A stretch of 15,663 bases of DNA, from contig CAXIUT010000075.1 in assembly GCA_964035545.1 (NCBI GenBank), positions 1 through 15,663 of the forward strand. The letters run 5' to 3'. Position numbers and translations under genes: made by a program. Below, piece after piece: positions 8,867 through 15,663 of the stretch; position 1 is the stretch's first letter, and each line of letters begins with the position of its first letter. The notes beneath the pieces were generated by a model. That model did not search any database. It was not told the DNA's origin and saw only the letters and a program-made list of their open reading frames with translations. This DNA comes from Bugula neritina (Eukaryota > Animalia > Bryozoa).

Positions 8867-10359
8867 TCAATAGGATTCACTTGAGCTGAAAGATTTATCA
8901 CTTTAATTTTTTTTCTTATCTTATTTAGCTACCTATCCTTTAGTCTTTTTTTTCTTTTGTACTGGTTTAATTTCAATATCAGAATTCATTGACCCCTCAC
9001 TTGACATACTTTGACCAAGCGAATTTTTCTTTTTTATTTTTTATTTTTTTTACATTACTTAAACTTCATGATCGCTGTCAAATGAATTTTATTAATTTTT
9101 ATTTTTTGAGTCAATAACATGAAGAAATAGTTGATTAATATTAGGCAATTTCAAGAACAACTTAAATCTCCACTATCCTACACTAGCTTCAACACTAATG
9201 TCAGCATTACAAAGCTACAATAAAGTTTTGATAGCAATTCCTCCTTTTTATAGATTATTAAACAATTATGAAGATTCTTTAAGAGCTTAATTAATTTAAT
9301 ATTTAGACTACATCTCATAATCTTGTCCATCGAGGCTATCAAATTATATTTCTCCATCAATTCCTTAAACATGCATTGATAGAATAGGCATTAACATCTC
9401 AAAGAATTATGTAGTAAAGTAATCACTTTATGTATTGTAGGCTTTAAAACATTTTTTAAACTATCTTATCAAATGTTGAGTATGATTGTTTATACCTAGC
9501 CTTGACTCCTTCACAAAAATATCATAAAAATTACTACTCTACTTCTTTAAAAAGTCCTAAAAATCATACTCAAATTCAAACTTCAAATGAGCCTTTCCCT
9601 AAAACTGAGTCATAAAAATCAACTCGAACATTTCAGATGCCAACTGAATCAAACTCACCAATTACTCGTTCACAGTAGTTATAAAAAAAGTTACAGAATT
9701 ACCCTGCACAAATGAATTTATATGAAAGTTGTCCATCTCCTCAGCCCAGTCTCCTATATCTTCTCCCAACATCTTCAAAAAGGTCTTAAAAGAAGGCTTA
9801 AACACCTCCTACATCTGCTTAGCCTGTTCTACTTCCTTGTATGAGAAAGTCAACTTCACAAAAGGCTTTACCTTCGAGCCGCTCTGGTTCTTTTCTATTT
9901 AGGCTTATATCTGTGAAGAATAGTTTTGTTTTTGAGGACCCACCAACACTCTTAGCTGAGCTTATTGGACAGTCATATCAAGAGTTTATTTGCTGACATT
10001 CATGCCAGGTGCAGCAGCTCCTGATGGATTTTGAGGACCACTCATTTGCTTTCTCACTGAGTTAGCCCATTCCAGCAAAGTGTATTTACTTTTCCAGATA
10101 TCTTGTTTGGACTGCATTCCAAAGGAGTTATAGTACTATTTGGTTTGTTGCAGATTTAAGGTCTATCTATCTTCCTGAAGGTAGTTCATCTTTCTGATGG
10201 TCTAGATAGCATAATCAGTACTTTTTTGATGGTTCCTGGGTAGATGTAGGGCAGTTCAAGTTCTGTGAAGAGATCTGATATTTATTGATGATTAAGTTAT
10301 CCATCATTATCAGAGTCATATTTAGGAAAGAGTTCTATGAGTTCCTGTTCCTTTGCCAT
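8867..10359 (-). CDS. Hypothetical protein with an N-terminal EF-hand, 490 aa, intron 10202-10221
   Basis: ATG at 10359 gives MAKEQELIELFPKY-DSDNDGELNHQE-ISDLF, a canonical EF loop with position-12 Glu encoded by TAA. The 20-nt intron GTACTGATTATGCTATCTAG avoids a downstream TGA, and the frame then stays open to TGA 8869-8867. K/E/S-rich tail. Confidence 0.85.
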
Positions 10360-10532
10360 CGTATCTTATTTTATTATGAGATAAATTATCAGAATATCAT
10401 TGAAATAATCCTAGAGTATTAAATTAACTATTGATCTATAAATATCATATGAGTAAAGAATTAACTGAAGTAAGTATTAGTTGTAGTTTAGTTAGTAATA
10501 ATGGAATAATATTTACTATTAAGCTATATTCT

Positions 10533-12731
10533 ATGTCAAACAGAAAATAAGCTATTTGTCAAATGCCTCATCGTCCACGTTACAAACGTTCTGAACCTCT
10601 TCAGCCAACTTCATCTCACCAACCAGCCTCCCCTCACCAACCTTTATCTCCTCTTCAACCATCCTAAAACAAAATGAACAATAAATCATTCTTTCAAAAT
10701 ATGAAAAATTAACTTTCCCACATAAAATCAGATTTTTAAAAATTAGTTAAAAAATAAACCACTTTCAACTCAATAGCAAAACCTATAAAATAAAAATAAA
10801 TAAACAAAAATAGTTTAGAAAAAAAAACAGTCGCCCTTTCTAACAAAGAATCAAATATTAATAGTAAAATTAAGAAAGAAGATATTAGAGAAGGGAATAA
10901 AGAGAAATAAAGTTAGAAAAATATAAGAGGATAGTCCTTGAGAGGCTAAGTTATCAATATAGATCTATTAAAAATAAAATATCATTATTCATAAAAAATG
11001 CAAGGTTTTTATCATGTCAAAACTATTGGAAAAGTTATACAGGAACAACAAGAATCGATCAAAACTTCTATCAATTAAAATAATATAGAATAAAACAATA
11101 AGTAGAAGTGTATATTAAATAGTAAATAGAAGGATATATTAAAGAGTTAGTAGAAGGATATATTAAATAGTAAATAGAAGGATATATTAAAGAGTAAGTA
11201 GAAGGATATATTAAATAGTAAATAGAAGGATATATTAAAGAGTTAGTAAAAGGATATTAGATAGAATAATCAATAGAGGGATAGTATATAGAAAGCAAAC
11301 TAAAGTAACAGATGGAGAGAATTAAAAACAATAGAAAAGATAGAGAAGAATAAAATTATTTATTTAGATAAATAAATAGATTTATTTGCTAAATATGAAG
11401 AATGTAAATTGAAGATCAGATAGTTGTAAGAATAGTTAGATATAAATAAGGACTAAAAGTAGATAGTGAAGGGATAGTTCTAGACCTTAAGAAGAGATCA
11501 AAAGACATTAGTATCAAAGATGAAATAGTTGAGTTAACAGTTAAGTAGGGCAATGATGCATTCTTGTCAACAGTAAGAGCAGATGAAGTAAACTATTCAC
11601 ATCATAAAATCTAAATAATAATAAATATCTCAATTAAAATAAATAATTTCGTTTTTATAACTCTAGCTAAAATAAAAGCAACATGAATAGACAGGAATAG
11701 AGAGGTAGTAAAGACAAGATAGAGAGAAAGGCTACAAGGAGCAGTTATAAGAGTTGATATATTTTAGCAACAATAAGAATGAGAAGATGATTTTAATAGA
11801 AAGAGAAAATATAAATTTAAAGGAGGGAATAAGTAGTTTACAAAGATATATAGAACATTCAAAGGAAATAAACTAAAGACTTGAAAGAGATAGCAGAAGT
11901 AAATAATAATTTATGAATAAATAAATATAGCAGTATAAAAAAAGATAAGATATGTTATCGAAGGAAGTATAAATCCTTAATAAATCAATTATAAATAATA
12001 CTAAATACTCACATCCTCATTGTAACTGTCAATTAACGAATAATAATTAACTCATAAATAAATAACTCATAAATATAGATAGACTAAATGATCAATAAAC
12101 AATGACAAAATAGTTAACCCTCAAAGAACAAATCCAAGAGCAACTAACAACCGAACATGACTATAAAATAACTAAAACCAATAGATAAGAAATAGCTAAA
12201 ACTAATAGATAAGAAATAGCTAAAACTAATAGATAAGAAATAGCTAAAACCAATATTTTAGAAATGGCTAGAACCCTTTAAAAAAGCAATAATAATTTGA
12301 TATAATAGAATACTACTTTAAGAAATAGGATCAATATAATAAAAGCCTAACTTTAGTTTTTTTAACGACAGAATCAATCATTAAGATAATAAATAAGATT
12401 ATACGAATAAATAAATGACAATAAAAAAGTAGGTAAGAAAGAAATGAATAGCAGTGAGTGGTAGATTCTGAATAACGAGATAGATAACTTGAAATAGTAG
12501 AATATATAATTGAAAAAGCAGCTTTAACTAAAAATATTGAAATAAGAAATAATAAATATGCAATCACAATAGTGGAGTGTTTAGTATGATTAAAATATCT
12601 ATCAATTGGCCTATCAACAACGATAACAAATATAAAAACTAAAACTATCCCTCAAATACTATCAATCAAACCACACAAATATCGTCAAATCTCCATCCAA
12701 TCACCATTTAACTCAGAATCACCATCAATGA
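10533..12731 (+). CDS. Hypothetical long coiled-coil protein with two 8-aa repeat blocks, 732 aa
   Basis: TGA-free for 2.2 kb from ATG 10533 to TGA 12729-12731. Pro/Ser-rich N-terminus, then E/K-rich heptad-like sequence under TAR=Glu. Confidence 0.85.
11103..11258 (+). repeat. 24-bp coding repeat, about 6.5 copies, alternating EKDILNSK / EKDILKS[EK] (48-bp higher-order unit x3)
   Basis: TAGAAGGATATATTAAA recurs every 24 bp from 11103 with alternating tails. Confidence 0.93.
12174..12254 (+). repeat. 24-bp coding repeat, about 3.4 copies (KTNREEIA)
   Basis: AAAAC[C/T]AATAGATAAGAAATAGCT at 12174, 12198 and 12222. Confidence 0.93.
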
Positions 12732-12769
12732 TGCTTTTATTATTATCGTCAATTAACATTGTATACTAA

Positions 12770-12940
12770 ATATCACATAAGATGTAGGAGATATCACATA
12801 AGATGTAGGAGATATCATTAATATAGTAGTAGATATTATTAATATAGTAGATATCACTGGCATATAGTGAATATCACAGGTTATTTAGTGGATATCACTA
12901 ACATACAATTGATATCACATAATAAAGTAGATATCATTTA
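12770..12940. repeat. Degenerate 18-21-bp intergenic minisatellite, about 9 units with a (G)ATATCA core
   Basis: The core recurs at 12770, 12791, 12812, 12833 (variant), 12851, 12871, 12892, 12912 and 12931. The first two units are identical. Confidence 0.85.
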
Positions 12941-12946
12941 ACATAA

Positions 12947-14161
12947 TCACAGGTTAACAGCAGGAGTATGCTAACTTCTATTTTTCTGATGACTTCGAGC
13001 ATATTCCAATCGATTTTTGACCAAGCCAGAATCCTCATTGAGGGAAGCATCTACCTGCGTATGATTCAAGCGATCTCCCACAGTTCCCATCGAGCGATCT
13101 ACGTACTTGTCAAATGTATAATTTCCACTCAATGCTTTCTATATAACCTTTTAGCGTACATTCAGCTGATTAGCATTCAATCGATATTCCTCATCAGTCA
13201 TATACTTCTGCTGCAACCTATTTCGCCTCTGCTATTCAGTTTGCCTGTCCAAATATGATACATACTCCTGCTTATCGTACTTAGGACGCTTATCTCGAAA
13301 TACATCGCTTATGAAACTGTAGCTCGAAGGCTATTGCTTGCTCTTCTCTGAGTGTTTGCGACTATTCAGCAACTGCAACTGCTTCTATAAAGTATCTTTC
13401 ACCTCCTTGTTCTTCCTCTCACGCTACATCTGCTCTCGAGATAGCTTCAACTCCTGCTCCTACAACGACCTCTCATGCACACTATCCACCAGCTTCCTCT
13501 GCAACTCATCCTTCCCCCGCATCTTCTCTCGGTGCAATTGTTAATAATACTCATAGACTCTCTGATTTTGTTAATACTTTTTATTGGTAGATCTTCCTTA
13601 GAACAATTTATTGTTATATTATTTATTTTTTTATTCCTGCAACAACTATTTTGCTCTTTGGGCTTTTCTCTACTCCTACTTAAGAGCTCTTTGCTCCTAT
13701 ACACTCATGATCACATCTTTCTTTAACAATTATTAACGCTACTTTTTCTATTGAGCAGAACGATATCCAATCTCCATGTTATAAATCTTACCAAATTATG
13801 ATGGCTTCTTGGCACTCTGACTATCTTTTAACTTCCTATTAGCCTCCTACAACTCCTTACTACGAACAAACATCGTAAACTTATCCTTCTCCTCCTTTTA
13901 CTTCTGTTGTTGCGCCTGTAACAACACATATTCGTAGTATCTTTTATCCTACTACTTGGATGCCTGTCCTGCATTCTGTTTAAATTATAGTTGTTGGTCG
14001 AGTTGCTTCTTAAACTGTTCTCGTTTTTGTTTTGTCATCAACTTCTACATACTACGGGCTTGTTCGTATTAGCGAGTTCTCAATTGGGATATAATCGCCC
14101 ATTACTATTGTTTTGGTAGATTAGATTAAGAAGAGCCATTGGACATTCTAGAGTCAGTCAT
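12947..14161 (-). CDS. Coiled-coil protein with LxxQ motifs (resembles trichohyalin-plectin-homology / ciliary filament proteins), about 404 aa; possible stop-free 21-nt intron 13139-13159
   Basis: Open from ATG 14161 to TGA 12949-12947. Motifs EEWAII, FKKQLDQQL, DTLEKQL, SYLDRQ and MTDEEYRLN. The family assignment is inference. Confidence 0.82.
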
Positions 14162-14430
14162 CTTAAAATTATTCTAAGCGTATTGTAAATAAATCAAACC
14201 TAGAAATCAATAAATTGATAAATAGTACTCAATGCTTAAAACAATTATCAAAGAATTGCATAAATATAAATAATATACAATTATTGCCTTAAAAAGACAG
14301 CAATAAATAGTATTTTAATTTGACAATCTTTATAATTAATGATAAAAATATTAATCAAAATATGCATTCTAGCAATAGCATTGTTATTTATATCTATTGC
14401 TACTTTGATACTGATATAATTTATATTTAT

Positions 14431-15474
14431 ATGCAGGAGTTGCTCTAATAGTCTCATACTTCATACTTTGCCATTTCATAATATAATAGTTCATCTCATA
14501 CTATCATGCACCAACCACATTCAAATCCCTCTCCTCCTATCGTCGACAAATACTTCATTCACACCCTCCAAAAACTCAAAAACCACTCCAAATCTTAAAT
14601 AAATGCTCTCCTCATCAGAACCATCATCATCCTGATTGTACTTCCTCTCAACTGCTACTATCTAGCCTCACCAGATTAGCACTCTCGCTCAGCTTTGACC
14701 TTCTACATTCAAATGATCCTGGTGGTAAATCTGCTAGAACTGGGAAGGAAAGTCTACCTGATGTGCTTCTGGCTATCAGATCGAACTACTGTCCAAAATA
14801 TGGCAATCCATTTCAAACATGCTTTCCCTCTCTAGCATTTAGATGAACAAATTGGCAATGAATAGGAACTAATGTTCTACTAAAAAGAGGAAGAATGGGG
14901 ATTACGAGTTAGCTCTCTCTTCTACGACTTCTAAAATATGGAAAAAGTATCTGATCTTTCATAGGACATCAGAATCATGAGATAAAATGTAGGAGAAGGC
15001 ATGCTTAAAGGTAAACTCTAGTCTCTAATCTGCTGCTATCGTATTCTTGGCTTTTTGATCAGTGCACTATCGGCTCCTATGTTCATATATGGAATAGTAA
15101 TGAATTTTAACACTCCTCTGACTTCCCTTCAAAGCACATTAGTGCAGCTGTACTTGATATCTTAGCTATTTATGCGAGGCAAAATGGTTGCCTGCTTGAT
15201 GCTGATTGCCATTCTTCCCTTGCTGGCTGTGATGGGAATAATTTACAAGTGTTGCAAAAGAGAAAAGAAGGCCAATTTGCCTGGAAAAGTGAAAATGAAC
15301 CAGTAGATGTTATCAAAATGCAGTTAATGTTCAATATGTTTTATGACATTTGGGGAGGGAGAAGGTGTTGTGCGTTTGAGTTGCTCTGAAATGCATATAT
15401 TTCACTAGACCTGTATAAAAGGATGGACTAAAGTCAAACCCACTTGTCCTATTTGTCGAGCTGACCTTACTTGA
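14431..15474 (+). CDS. Multi-pass membrane RING-H2 E3 ubiquitin ligase, about 347 aa (alternative in-frame ATGs at 14362 and 14506)
   Basis: C-terminal CSIC..RLSCSEMHIFHETCIKGWTKVKPTCPICR (C3H2C3), preceded by several hydrophobic segments such as ALLIRTIIILIVLPL and VACLMLIAILPLLAVMGIIY. Stop is TGA 15472-15474. Confidence 0.92.
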
Positions 15475-15532
15475 TCAACAAATTATCAATAATTATCTCT
15501 TATTTTTACAATCAATTCATCAAATAATATCT

Positions 15533-15663
15533 GGGGTGGGGTTGGGGTTGGGGTTGGGGTTGGGGTTGGGGTTGGGGTTGGGGTTGGGGTTGGGGTTGGG
15601 GTTGGTGGGGTTGGGGTTGGGGTTGGGGTTGGGGTTGGGGTTGGGGTTGGGGTTGGGGTTGGG
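15533..15663 (+). repeat. Right telomere, (GGGGTT)n, 131 bp with two irregular units
   Basis: G4T2 repeats to the window end. Variants are GGGGT at 15533-15537 and GGT at 15604-15606. Confidence 0.98.

Noticed and set aside
12770-12940. CRISPR-like repeat-spacer appearance
   Set aside because: The core is only 6-7 bp, the spacers are short and related to each other, there are no cas genes, and the context is a eukaryotic chromosome.
12968-13726. Plus-strand ORFs of 68-96 aa and an off-frame minus ORF in the track
   Set aside because: They are shadows of the minus-strand coiled-coil gene 12947-14161.

Overview
A complete telomere-to-telomere macronuclear minichromosome (about 15.7 kb) of a ciliate. 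It has Tetrahymena-type C4A2 repeats at the left end and G4T2 repeats at the right end. Conserved motifs show that TAA and TAG both encode Glu and TGA is the only stop (peritrich nuclear code, NCBI table 30), so the supplied standard-code ORF track is mostly fragments or artefacts. Re-translated by hand, the window holds nine tightly packed genes: a PHD-Zn knuckle-PHD protein, a CoA-type mitochondrial carrier, a DHX40-like DEAH helicase, an EF-hand protein, a membrane RING-H2 ligase and four coiled-coil proteins. Introns are mostly exactly 20 nt. The most unusual signal is two internal G4T2 tracts (4063-4138, 6447-6516). They start and end in the same register as the true right end. One sits in frame inside a gene between 5-bp CATAA direct repeats; the other sits where the helicase 5' end should be. 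They may be alternative fragmentation sites merged by the assembly, or real telomerase-filled rejoined breaks. All protein assignments come from manual translation and motif recall, not database searches.
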